From Planctomycetota bacterium (GTDB lineage Bacteria > Planctomycetota > UBA8108 > SXIK01): a stretch of 64,000 nucleotides of DNA. A program made the translations under genes and the position numbers. Position 1 is the first letter of the stretch. Every line of letters begins with the position of its first letter. The stretch covers positions 8,192,001 to 8,256,000 of the forward strand of contig OZ244999.1 in assembly GCA_965223265.1 (NCBI GenBank). The letters run 5' to 3'. The notes beneath the pieces were generated by a model. It searched no databases, was not told where the DNA came from, and worked only from the letters and a program-made list of their open reading frames with translations. This document shows, in pieces, positions 45,801-54,425 of the stretch.

Positions 45801-48356
45801 CAGTGCCGGGAAGCGATCCGGAAAGACCGCGGCGAGGAATTCCTGGTGCAGCTGGAATCGGCGCGAATTTTGGTAGAGCGTCGGCAGAAGATCCGCATCG
45901 CCGGTCGCCGGCATGACGTACTTGCCGGCACGGTCGACGATGCCAGCGCCGCGCGACGCCACGGAGATGCGCTCGAAATCGAGACCGGTGCAAATCGATT
46001 CGAGAAAATCTTCGTCGAACGTCACCGTGCGCACTTCGTTCAAGAACACGGTGAGCTGCCGGCCGTCATGATCAGTGCTGACGACGTCAACGTTGCCATC
46101 AAGGTTGAGGTCGACCCCGAGCGTGCGCAGCGGGATGTCACCGACTGACAATGTCTGCGGAAACGAGAAGGTCCCATCGCCGTTGCCGACGATGATCGAG
46201 ACGGAGTTAGCTCGGAGGTTTGCGGTCAAGAGGTCAGCGTGGCCGTCGCTGTTGATGTCGGCCGCTGTGACGGCTCCTACCTCTTCGCCGACGCTGTAGA
46301 ACTGAACACGGTCGAGCGTGCCGTCGCCGCGATTGAGAAAGTACGCGATCGTCGCTTGGGCGCCATTCGGTATCACAAAGTCTGGAGCGCTGTCGCCGTT
46401 CAGGTCAGCGCAGGCGATCGAACCGGGCGGCGCCGTGATGTTGTAGCTGTCGGGTGGATCGAACGTGCCGTCGCCGCGGTTCGCCAGCAGCGAAAGAATT
46501 TGGGTTTGGCCGCGCACAACAGCGATGTCGATGTCGCCGTCTCCGTCGAAGTCGTCAGCGGCGAGGCCGCGATCGCCAACGCCGACTGCGGTATCGCGTC
46601 GAGCACCGAACGTCGTGTCACCAAGTCCCTTGAGGATCGTCACTGAGCTGTCGCCGGAGTTCATCGTGAGGACGTCGGGCACGTCGTCGCCATCGACATC
46701 GCGCGCGAGAACGACGATCGGGCTGGCGCCAACGTCGTGAAATTTGGTGTCCGGGAAAGTGCCGTCGCCAGGGTTCTTGAGCACGACGACTTTGCCATCG
46801 CGCGGGGAGGTCATCACAAGATCCAGATCGTCATCGAGGTCGAGGTCGCTCACTTCGACGAACTCGACGCGGCTTGTCGGAGTCTCGTAATCGAAACGCG
46901 TCAGCGTGCCGTCGCCTTCGCTCAGGAAGACCGAGGCGAGAAGATCGGGACCGTTCGCCGTGATCACATCCACTCGGCCATCGCCGTTGACGTCGCCGGT
47001 AGCGGCCCCGTGCGGCCGGCCGTCGGGAGCGATGCCGACAGGAAAGTGACCGAAGAAGCGCAAGTTGAACGTTTGTCGCTCACCGTTCCAGAGAAAATTA
47101 ACACTGCTCAGTTCCGGGGTCAGAAATGCCACGTCTTCGTCGCCATCGCCGTCGAAGTCACCTAGTTGGATCCGCCGAAACTCAACGGTTGTTAGGTCGG
47201 TGAGTCCAAAATCGCCGCGATCGTTGTTCGTTAGGAGAGTGACGCTGCGGAAATCAGCGTTGCCGACGATGAGGTCGATATCGCCGTCACGATCGAAGTC
47301 ACCGGCGTTCACGGTACGGGCTGTTAGCGCCAAGTCGGTCGGCGAGGCGAACTCGCCGGCTCCGCTGTTGGTCCACCACGTGAGCTGTCGGTTGTTGATC
47401 AGCACCAACAAATCGAGATGGCCATCGGTATCCAGATCGACGAGCTCAACACTGGAGGGGCGACCGGGAAGAGGAAAGTCCGTCGTCACGAAAAGTCCTT
47501 CACCGTCGTTGGTAAGAATGGACGCGCTCGGGGTGGAGCGCTTCGGGATGACGAGATCGATGTCACCATCGCCGTCAATGTCGCCGCGCCGGATCTGAAT
47601 CGGTGTGCCGCTGACCGCGTAGGAAATCGCCGCGCCGAACGAGCCGCTGCCGTCATTCGCCAACACTGATACGAAACCACCCGTCGAGTTCGCGGTGATG
47701 AGATCGGGGCGATCGTCGCCGGTCACGTCGTCGGCGACGATCGTACGCGTGAATTGCTCGACCGGTAGCGTCTCTGCTGTGGCAAGAGTGCCGAGCCCGA
47801 GGTTGCGAAAGAGGAGGAGCTGCGTCGAGTTCGCCGTGACGACATCCGCGGCGTTGTCGCCATCGATGTCAGCGACAGCGATCGATGTACCTTCCGTGAG
47901 CGCATCGTAGGACACGGGAGGTGCCAACGTGCCGTCCTCTCGACTCAAGATCACAGAAACAAACGACGCGCGTTCGGTTCCCGTTTGGCTCAGGACGACG
48001 AGGTCTGCAGCGCCGTCGTCGTTGAGGTCGCCGATGGTGCTTGCCTGCGGCGTCTCGGGTACCGACATTGGCTCTGGGTCGCGCACGCCGAAGTCGAGCC
48101 CGACGCCCTCGCACTCATCGGGCAGTCCGTTGCGATTGCAATCCTCACTCGCAAGCGATTGCAGGTCGACGACGTCTTCGACACCGTTGGCGTTGCAGTC
48201 TGCGCTGCGGGCGAGGTCGATCGGTAGCAGGCAAAACGTGGTTGCTACGATCGGCAGCACGGGCGAGTCGAGCAGCGACCAAGACCAGCGTCGAGGTTTG
48301 CAAGCGGGGCGTCGACGGGTGCGCGCGTCCAAAGACATGAACTTAGGTCGCATCAT
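42828..48356 (-). CDS. Secreted FG-GAP repeat protein with phospho-His + PEP/pyruvate-binding (ATP-grasp) dikinase module and dockerin-like tail (paralog 1)
   Basis: Signal-like N-terminus, DCN.NG motifs, many FG-GAP repeats, ELSHLAIRTARRNTP, FGGKASNL, GFAIP, RFRSSSNVED...GAGLYES, VWTSL, KQVRP, FQRGDAD...DANDDGRLNVSD. Confidence 0.85.
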   Translation of the reverse strand: MMRPKFMSLDARTRRRPACKPRRWSWSLLDSPVLPIVATTFCLLPIDLARSADCNANGVEDVVDLQSLASEDCNRNGLPDECEGVGLDFGVRDPEPMSVPETPQASTIGDLNDDGAADLVVLSQTGTERASFVSVILSREDGTLAPPVSYDALTEGTSIAVADIDGDNAADVVTANSTQLLLFRNLGLGTLATAETLPVEQFTRTIVADDVTGDDRPDLITANSTGGFVSVLANDGSGSFGAAISYAVSGTPIQIRRGDIDGDGDIDLVIPKRSTPSASILTNDGEGLFVTTDFPLPGRPSSVELVDLDTDGHLDLLVLINNRQLTWWTNSGAGEFASPTDLALTARTVNAGDFDRDGDIDLIVGNADFRSVTLLTNNDRGDFGLTDLTTVEFRRIQLGDFDGDGDEDVAFLTPELSSVNFLWNGERQTFNLRFFGHFPVGIAPDGRPHGAATGDVNGDGRVDVITANGPDLLASVFLSEGDGTLTRFDYETPTSRVEFVEVSDLDLDDDLDLVMTSPRDGKVVVLKNPGDGTFPDTKFHDVGASPIVVLARDVDGDDVPDVLTMNSGDSSVTILKGLGDTTFGARRDTAVGVGDRGLAADDFDGDGDIDIAVVRGQTQILSLLANRGDGTFDPPDSYNITAPPGSIACADLNGDSAPDFVIPNGAQATIAYFLNRGDGTLDRVQFYSVGEEVGAVTAADINSDGHADLLTANLRANSVSIIVGNGDGTFSFPQTLSVGDIPLRTLGVDLNLDGNVDVVSTDHDGRQLTVFLNEVRTVTFDEDFLESICTGLDFERISVASRGAGIVDRAGKYVMPATGDADLLPTLYQNSRRFQLHQEFLAAVFPDRFPALTIDDFNRLVARRAERQYFVGVISRLRTADGLAYGFDVFTDPSSEDELLSLEEVAAVRADLSATFSLQPLGYFPSTRPAREAAAAWRDPGFPVFLDDGSGTNAYVPYTQAVGFGRVRVLDADGFEAANDNGQIGFQNILVLDEAPPDIEGVVGGVITGTPQGELSHLAIRTARRNTPNAFVEEARVAFSPFEGKLIRLEVGATEFRLREATVEEAEEFWSDSRPQLSTLPEIDREFDELSSLGDMDLSGTLAPPEARFGGKASNLARLGRILEGPWAQYREHGFAIPARYFFEFMRGNRMPSALDPAREVTYEEHLLELFSSDEFQSNSEVRFAALDAFRDFARQHGEVDPALVERLVQRIGDVFGSTRTSVRFRSSSNVEDALEFNGAGLYESTGVCADDTLDADDEGPSLCDASKSGERTIRRALKKVWTSLYTFRAYEERSFFGVPESDADGLRVGMGILVSRAFLDEAANGVAFTGNLSNPLDRRYVVTVQVGEASVVQPEPGVLAEKDVLEVLNGEVLGIIRPLQGSTLLPEGEWVLSDAELSELGRLMWHIDANFPLELGTHSRDEVLLDMEIKLEPDGSLAVKQVRPFLHSVPIPPTPSFELEIPPGSRACGVFHLAGSNRGLEDEYRLKSVVELRSGRFQLDTTRDTISLDLVDELRLGPDQESAVPASPGLLRVLRVAGDGDITLYRFTYRQSFVLADGSAIDLALTQPLEYRARGDEAIDATQTLNDAFFVTLVGEESLRGSINDLPLLHFGSCSYDDLPLWEIAIDLGDLGSIRLEERFEEAENFFDTAPAALVHAEVELGGQRRRVDSYWDLVYSAARHNTGVRYWVVLDPPLDASGLPSSVSVVQIVAPDPFAGTTASVSLLDANFDVIVTPTIDNYDRTLAPERLDARFQRGDADASGEIDLGDALFVLNYLFRKGGTPTCVRAGDANDDGRLNVSDGVAILRHLFVGAGLLPTPFGSCGDDTTADNLDCQRFAACP

Positions 48357-51300
48357 GGCGAATCGCAGGGTGAGTGTGCGAAGCAGGAAAGGAGATCGGG
48401 TGTCGTGTCCGCGCCGCAGCCGGTGAAAGGTGCTGCAAGGTCGCCGCGGCCGGCGAACAGATGGAGAAGAATCGTGACCCCGTCCGTGACGTTGAGCTTG
48501 CCATCGTCGTTGGCGTCGGCTGATTTGACGCAGCTTGGGGCTACGGCGCGGCCAAAGATGTAGTTGAGAGCGGCAAGTGCGTCAGAGAGATCGAGCTGGC
48601 CGCTCGCGTCGACATCGCCGCGCCGAAACGGGGTTGGCTCGGCCTCGGTCTCGCGTCGGTCGAAGGATGTGACGTCGAGCGTCTTGAGCGGCTCAAGGTC
48701 GACGCCGAGATAGCGAGCGGTCGCCACACTGGTCGAAGTTGGCTCTGCAAACTCAATGGCGCGCACGAGCCCGCCGGTTCCATCCACGGCGACGGGTTCC
48801 GCGAGGACGATCCAGTAGTGCACGGCGAGGTTGTGGCGCGACGCCGAGTAGACGAGGCGCCAGTAGTCGCGGATGGTCTCTTCGTGACCGCCGGGCAGCG
48901 ACACGGTCGCGCGCTGGAGGCTCGCAGGGTTCGTGCCGAAGAAGCGGGCTTCATCATCGGAGAAGCGTTCGTTGAGCGTTAGTGTGCCGCCGTCGGCAAG
49001 AGTGACATCGATCCGCCACAGGGGCAAGAGCTGGTGGCGGCACGAGCCGTAGTTGACCAGGCGCTGTCCGTTGACGCGTGCCTTCAGCGGCTCGAGGCTC
49101 GCTTGAGTCGTGAATTCTGCATCGCTCAAGACGCGTACACCTGAAATCGGTTCTTCACCACGCGCCTCAAACTCGAGGGGTGCGAGAAGCTCGATCTCCA
49201 AGACGGTGCCATCGTCGAGGCCCCAGCGCTGCGCGAAGGTGAAGCGATACTTCGTCAGCTCGCCGTTGGGTATGCGCCGCAGACGAAAGCGCCCGCTCTC
49301 GAGCGGCGTCGCGACTTGGCGCTCAGGTCCGAAGCGGACTTCGTCAAAGAGCTCGGCGGTGAACGAGTCCCGCGTCGTTGTGAGCGGGATCGTTCCGCTG
49401 CGCAGCTTGACGTTGCTTTTCAGCTCGTATTCCTGACGCGGACCACGATTCACCCCCGCCTCTTGAAACACCCCACAGAGCTCGAAGCCCTCGGGCACCT
49501 CCAGCGTGAACTCCGGCGTTGGCGGCGGAGGCTCCGAGAGAAGGAACGGACGCACCTGCTTCACCGCCAGCTCTCCGTCGCTCATGAACTTGTACTCAAC
49601 GTCGAGCAGCACCTGAGAGCGATCGAAACGCCCCAGATCCAGAGGAAAGTTCTCATCCATGTGCCACATCAGGCGCCCAAGCTCACCCAGCTGCGCCTCA
49701 CTCACTACCACCTCTCCCTCACCCACAAGCGTCGAGCGCACCGCACGGATCACCTCCACCACTTCACCTTCAACAAGCTCCAGAACGTTCGTCTCCGCTA
49801 AGACACCCGGCTCGGGGCTCACCACACTCTCCTCTCCAAGCTGCGCCGTCACCACGTAGCGCCGATCGAGAATGTTCGACGTGTTCCCCGTAAACGCCAC
49901 TCCCTGAGACGCCTCACCTATGAACGTGCGGTTCACCAAGATCCCCATCGCCGCGATCTCTTGGTCAATCCCGAAAAACTCTCGCTCCTCGTACGCCCGG
50001 AAGTTCCACAGACTCCTCCACACCCGCTTCAGAGCGCGCGTGATCGTGCGCTCATTTGTCTCCTCGGAGTCGCACTGCGACGGGCCCTCCTCATCGCCGT
50101 CAAACTCATCGGCTAGGCACCCGCTCGTTGAGTTGTAGAGACCGGCGCCGTTGAACTGAAGGTCGTCCTCCACGTTCGAAGACGAGCGAAAGCGCACACG
50201 CGTTGTCTCACTTGTGCCCATCACCTCGCGCACTCGCGCTGCCACCAGCGCGATCACCTCCGCGCGCACAACACCCTCATCGCGCATGTGATCGCGCAGC
50301 ATGTCCAGAGCTTCGAAGCGAACGCGAGAGTCCGTCTGAAAGCTCTCATCGACTAAAAGCTCCTGCACGTACTCCTCGTACGTCACCTCTCGACTGCGGT
50401 CGAGGAAAGACTCCAGGCGGTTCTCGCGCATGAACTCCACGTAGTAGCGCATCGGGATCGCAAAACCCTTCTCCTGGTACTCGGCGTACTCCCCCGTCAG
50501 GATCTCCTGCAGACGCGAGAGGTTCGTCGCCTTCCCCCCGAAGCGAGGCACTCCCGAAAGACCACTCGACTCCAGCTCCGCGATCTCTCCCAGCGTCAAA
50601 AGCTCCGAGAACTCGCTGTCGAGCGTCGGCGCTACCTCCAGGCTTGGCCGGCTCGTGCGCCAGTGCTCCTCCGCCTCCTCCTGGCTCGCCGCGCGGATCG
50701 TGTAGCCCCCCGCTGTCACCTCTAGGCGAACCAGCTGGCCGTCCCACTCCCGAAACTCCTCCAAAGCCCCGGAGACGTACGCGTTCGGCGTTCCTCGACG
50801 CGCTGTGCGGATCGCCAGGTGACTCAGCTCCACTTGCCTCTGACCTGTCACCACGCCGCTGAAGACTCCTTCGATGTCCCGTGGGGCGATCTCTAAGACC
50901 AAGATGTTCTGAAAGCTGATCTCCCCTGTCTCACTCGCAGCGCTCAGTTCCTCTTCCGTCAGCACCCGCAGGCGCCCGAAGCCCACACCTTGGGTGTACG
51001 CCTCGAAGTCCACAGGGCCGCTGGTGGTGTCGAAGAAAATCTCAAACTCCGCGCCGCTCCACTCAGAGGCGCGATCGCGCGCCGCTGGTGTGTCTGGGAA
51101 GTACCCCAGCGGCTCCAGCGTGAACGTCTGGCGCAGCTCGGCGTACACCGCCCCCACCTCCTCCTGCCTCAGAAGCTCCGTGCTGTCAGAGCCGTCCACA
51201 ACCACCGTGAAGCCGTACGCGATCCCGCCCGACTCGCTCTCGCTCCCCGGTAGGCGAAGCCGGTTGATCACACCAGCGTAGTACTCGCGCGTGGCGCGCC

Positions 51301-53857
51301 GTGCCGTCAGCGCTGCGTAAGCCTCCGCACCGAGGCTCGGGAAGCGGTCCGGGAACACCGCTGCCAAAAACTCCTGGTGCAGCGCGAAGCGCCGAACGTT
51401 CTGGTACGTCGTCTCCAAAAGCCTCCCGTCTGCAGGACGAGCAGGCGTTATGTACTTACCGGCGCGGTCGACGATGCCGCGGGACGTCGCCGTCGTCATG
51501 TCGACGAAATCGAGTTCTGTGCACAGGGCGCTGAGAAAATCCTCTGCTGCGACGCCCGGAGCAGACTTGTTGAGAAAGATGTTCGCGTCGCTCGAGCCGC
51601 GGTTGACGACAACCACGTCAAGGCTGCCGTTGGCGTCGAGGTCGATCGGTAAGGAAAAGCGGGTACGCGAGCCACCGGTCAGCTGCGTGAGAACGATCGG
51701 AAACGTACCGTCACCCTTGCCGGGTAGAAACGACACTGTGTTGTTCGCGTCTTCCTGTCCGGCCGCGAGGACATCCAGCGTGCCATCGCCATCGATGTCG
51801 CCGACCGCAACAGAGAAAGGCGCGGTTCCGGCATCGAAGGTACCGCCATCGATGAGGACGCCGCCGCCCTGATTGAGAAGCGATGTCACGCTGCGTGACT
51901 GATTGTTCGCGACAACTACATCGAGCCAACCATTCTGATCCAGATCGGCGATTTCCACCCAGAGCGGGCTCCCGTGGAGGCTCACTGACTCCGCCGGCGC
52001 GAACGAACCGTCGCCTTGATTCCACAGCAGCGACGCATCACTGCTGGTGCGGTTGGCTGTCACGGCATCGATGTCGCCGTCACCATCGAGATCGCCGATC
52101 GCAAGGCCCCAAGGATTGGTTCCCACCGGAAACGTCTGCCGCTGGCCGAGCGTGCCGTCGCCGAAACCTGGATGCAGAACGACCACGCTATCGCCCGTGG
52201 CGATCAATAAGACGTCGACGTGGCCGTCGCCGTGGAAGTCGGCGGCGCGACTCACCCATGGGGCTTCACCAGTGCCATAGTCGACGGGCGGAGCAAAGTT
52301 GGTGCCATCGTCGAGGTTGAGGTTGACGGCGATCTTGTGCGCCGCGCGGTTGCCCACGATGATGTCTTGCCTGCCGTCTTCGTTCAGGTCTGCGCCGACG
52401 ACCGTCATAAGATGCCCACTCGTGTGGACGTGCCGGACAAGGGGCGCTCCGAGGACACCGCTGCCATCGTTACGGAGGATGGAAAACGACAGGTCCGGAC
52501 CGTTCGCCGTGGCGACGTCAAGCAGACCATCGCTGTCGATATCGACCGCTGTGACCGAATGAGCTTGACCGCCGAGTGGCGCTAGCGACGAGCTGACGCG
52601 CAATCCTCCGGGCTCACGGTTCCACAGAATGGCGACACGCGGTGGGTCGATGTTGGCGAGCGCGATGTCGTCGTCGCCGTCGCCGTCGAAATCTCCAGGT
52701 AGCGCCCAGAACACGGTGACATTGATCTCCTCGGCCGGGATGAACGACCCTCCAACGTTCACGAGTGTCGAAATGCTACGTCCGCCGCCGACGCTGACGA
52801 CGATGTCAACGTCACCGTCGCCATCGACGTCGCTCGGGGTGGTGGAGCGCGGGTTGACGTTGTGAACCAAAGGTTCAGTGAACTGGAAGTTGCCTTCATT
52901 GAAGAAAATCGACAGTGCGCGCCGTACGGTCACAAGAAGATCCGCGTCTCCGTCGTCGTCGAAGTCTGCGGTGTGGACCTCGGAGGGACCCGAGCCACCG
53001 GCGTCGATGGACCCAACCGAGACAAACGTGCCGTCGCCCTGGTTGCGTAGGATCGAAAGGTCGTTCGTGTCGCGGTTCGCGACGACGAGATCGCCGTGGC
53101 CATCGCCGTCGAGGTCTTCAGCGCGCACGGCCGTCGGTCGCTCGCCGACGAGGTGTTCGACGGCGTCGGCGAAGGTGACGCCCGCGCCGGTCTCGACGTT
53201 GGCGAGAATCACGAAGACTTTGTCGTCGACGCCGTTGGCGGCGAGCAGATCGCTGGCGCCGTCGCCACTGACGTCGCCCGCGGCGACGACGCGCGTGAAC
53301 GCTGGCACCGCGACCTCAAGAGGTGGATCCCAGGTCCGGTCGCCGCGATTGAGGAACACGAGGAGCAGGGTTGAGTTGGCGGTCGCCAAGTCGCTTCTGC
53401 CGTCGCCGTTGAAGTCGCCGGCAGCGATGCTCGTCGCGTCAGTCCCCGCGTCGAGCGGAATCGCCGCGTCGAACTCGCCGTCGCCGCGGCTCGAGTGAAC
53501 GGTGATAATCGAGGCCTTCGACGTCGGTTCCTGACTGAGGACCGCGACGTCGTCGAGGCCGTCGGCATTGAAGTCGCGGTGGACCGACCACACGGGTCGC
53601 GGCGTCGGAACGAAACCACTCTCCTTGATCGAGAACTGTGGAGGTTCGAACTCGCACTCGTCGGGAATGAGGTTGGCGTTACAGTCAGCGCTTGTGCCGT
53701 CCGCAACGTCGGTCGCGTCCTCGACACCGTTGACGTTGCAGTCGGCGGCCTTGAGCAAGCGAGGCGTCTCGATAGCGACAGTGACGAGGACACCGAAGAG
53801 AAGTATCGCAGTCCACCATCGCGAACGGCCGAAAGAGTGGTTGTCGTAGAAGTTCAT
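48353..53857 (-). CDS. Secreted FG-GAP repeat protein with phospho-His + ATP-grasp dikinase module and dockerin-like tail (paralog 2)
   Basis: Same architecture: ELSHLAIRTARRGTP, FGGKATNL, RFRSSSNVED...GAGLYNS, KQVRP, FRRGDVD. ATG 53857 precedes a signal peptide (WWTAILLFGVLVTVA). ATGA overlap with paralog 1. Confidence 0.85.
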   Translation of the reverse strand: MNFYDNHSFGRSRWWTAILLFGVLVTVAIETPRLLKAADCNVNGVEDATDVADGTSADCNANLIPDECEFEPPQFSIKESGFVPTPRPVWSVHRDFNADGLDDVAVLSQEPTSKASIITVHSSRGDGEFDAAIPLDAGTDATSIAAGDFNGDGRSDLATANSTLLLVFLNRGDRTWDPPLEVAVPAFTRVVAAGDVSGDGASDLLAANGVDDKVFVILANVETGAGVTFADAVEHLVGERPTAVRAEDLDGDGHGDLVVANRDTNDLSILRNQGDGTFVSVGSIDAGGSGPSEVHTADFDDDGDADLLVTVRRALSIFFNEGNFQFTEPLVHNVNPRSTTPSDVDGDGDVDIVVSVGGGRSISTLVNVGGSFIPAEEINVTVFWALPGDFDGDGDDDIALANIDPPRVAILWNREPGGLRVSSSLAPLGGQAHSVTAVDIDSDGLLDVATANGPDLSFSILRNDGSGVLGAPLVRHVHTSGHLMTVVGADLNEDGRQDIIVGNRAAHKIAVNLNLDDGTNFAPPVDYGTGEAPWVSRAADFHGDGHVDVLLIATGDSVVVLHPGFGDGTLGQRQTFPVGTNPWGLAIGDLDGDGDIDAVTANRTSSDASLLWNQGDGSFAPAESVSLHGSPLWVEIADLDQNGWLDVVVANNQSRSVTSLLNQGGGVLIDGGTFDAGTAPFSVAVGDIDGDGTLDVLAAGQEDANNTVSFLPGKGDGTFPIVLTQLTGGSRTRFSLPIDLDANGSLDVVVVNRGSSDANIFLNKSAPGVAAEDFLSALCTELDFVDMTTATSRGIVDRAGKYITPARPADGRLLETTYQNVRRFALHQEFLAAVFPDRFPSLGAEAYAALTARRATREYYAGVINRLRLPGSESESGGIAYGFTVVVDGSDSTELLRQEEVGAVYAELRQTFTLEPLGYFPDTPAARDRASEWSGAEFEIFFDTTSGPVDFEAYTQGVGFGRLRVLTEEELSAASETGEISFQNILVLEIAPRDIEGVFSGVVTGQRQVELSHLAIRTARRGTPNAYVSGALEEFREWDGQLVRLEVTAGGYTIRAASQEEAEEHWRTSRPSLEVAPTLDSEFSELLTLGEIAELESSGLSGVPRFGGKATNLSRLQEILTGEYAEYQEKGFAIPMRYYVEFMRENRLESFLDRSREVTYEEYVQELLVDESFQTDSRVRFEALDMLRDHMRDEGVVRAEVIALVAARVREVMGTSETTRVRFRSSSNVEDDLQFNGAGLYNSTSGCLADEFDGDEEGPSQCDSEETNERTITRALKRVWRSLWNFRAYEEREFFGIDQEIAAMGILVNRTFIGEASQGVAFTGNTSNILDRRYVVTAQLGEESVVSPEPGVLAETNVLELVEGEVVEVIRAVRSTLVGEGEVVVSEAQLGELGRLMWHMDENFPLDLGRFDRSQVLLDVEYKFMSDGELAVKQVRPFLLSEPPPPTPEFTLEVPEGFELCGVFQEAGVNRGPRQEYELKSNVKLRSGTIPLTTTRDSFTAELFDEVRFGPERQVATPLESGRFRLRRIPNGELTKYRFTFAQRWGLDDGTVLEIELLAPLEFEARGEEPISGVRVLSDAEFTTQASLEPLKARVNGQRLVNYGSCRHQLLPLWRIDVTLADGGTLTLNERFSDDEARFFGTNPASLQRATVSLPGGHEETIRDYWRLVYSASRHNLAVHYWIVLAEPVAVDGTGGLVRAIEFAEPTSTSVATARYLGVDLEPLKTLDVTSFDRRETEAEPTPFRRGDVDASGQLDLSDALAALNYIFGRAVAPSCVKSADANDDGKLNVTDGVTILLHLFAGRGDLAAPFTGCGADTTPDLLSCFAHSPCDSP

Positions 53858-53890
53858 GGCAGCTCGAGTTGAACGGTTCGATGCAGCAAG

Positions 53891-54411
53891 ATAGCAGGCA
53901 CGGTCCGAGGCTAGGAATTCTTTAACGTGCCGTCGTAACTCACGGTCACGTCGGGACGGCATACAGCAGTGGGCGACTACTTTGAAGATCGAGTTGGTGA
54001 CGGTACGTGCCCATAGTAGCAGGCACACGCCGTGTGCCGTAGCGCTCTTTCGTTAGTACGATCGCTCCCATTGAGGGTCTATCTCACGCTCCTTGCGAGC
54101 CTCGCGTGAATCTTTTTTCTTGGCGCCAAGAGCGCAAGGTCGCAACGGAAGTGGAGACGTGTTTGAGCGCCTGACGCTTCTCTGCCAGGTCTTCGTTGAC
54201 TTCGTTTGCTTCGTTTGCTGCCGGTGAAGAGATGAGAAGAAGAACTGAACAAAAGGAAACGAAGTCAACGAAGGGCGGCCGCGCAAAGTAGCAGGCACAC
54301 GCCGTGTGCCGTCCGGAGGTGATGGTACGAAGGCATGTTTTAAATCTTCACAGCCTCGCCGCGTGCCGTCGCTCAGTCTCCCGTTACGGTATACAGAAGT
54401 TTGCCTACTAC
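53891..54411. repeat. Cluster of GTAG-type REP-like palindromes
   Basis: Identical 25-mers gtagcaggcacacgccgtgtgccgt at 54016-54040 and 54288-54312; degenerate inverted copies ending ctac at 53955-53980 and 54386-54411; separate 17-bp inverted repeat cttcgttgacttcgttt / aaacgaagtcaacgaag at 54191-54273. Confidence 0.7.
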
Positions 54412-54425
54412 GTTCCGGACAGGTC

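Noticed and set aside
42828-53857. Annotation as PEP synthase, PPDK or rifampin phosphotransferase
   Set aside because: Domain order is reversed, no pyruvate-binding barrel is recognisable, and signal peptides are present.
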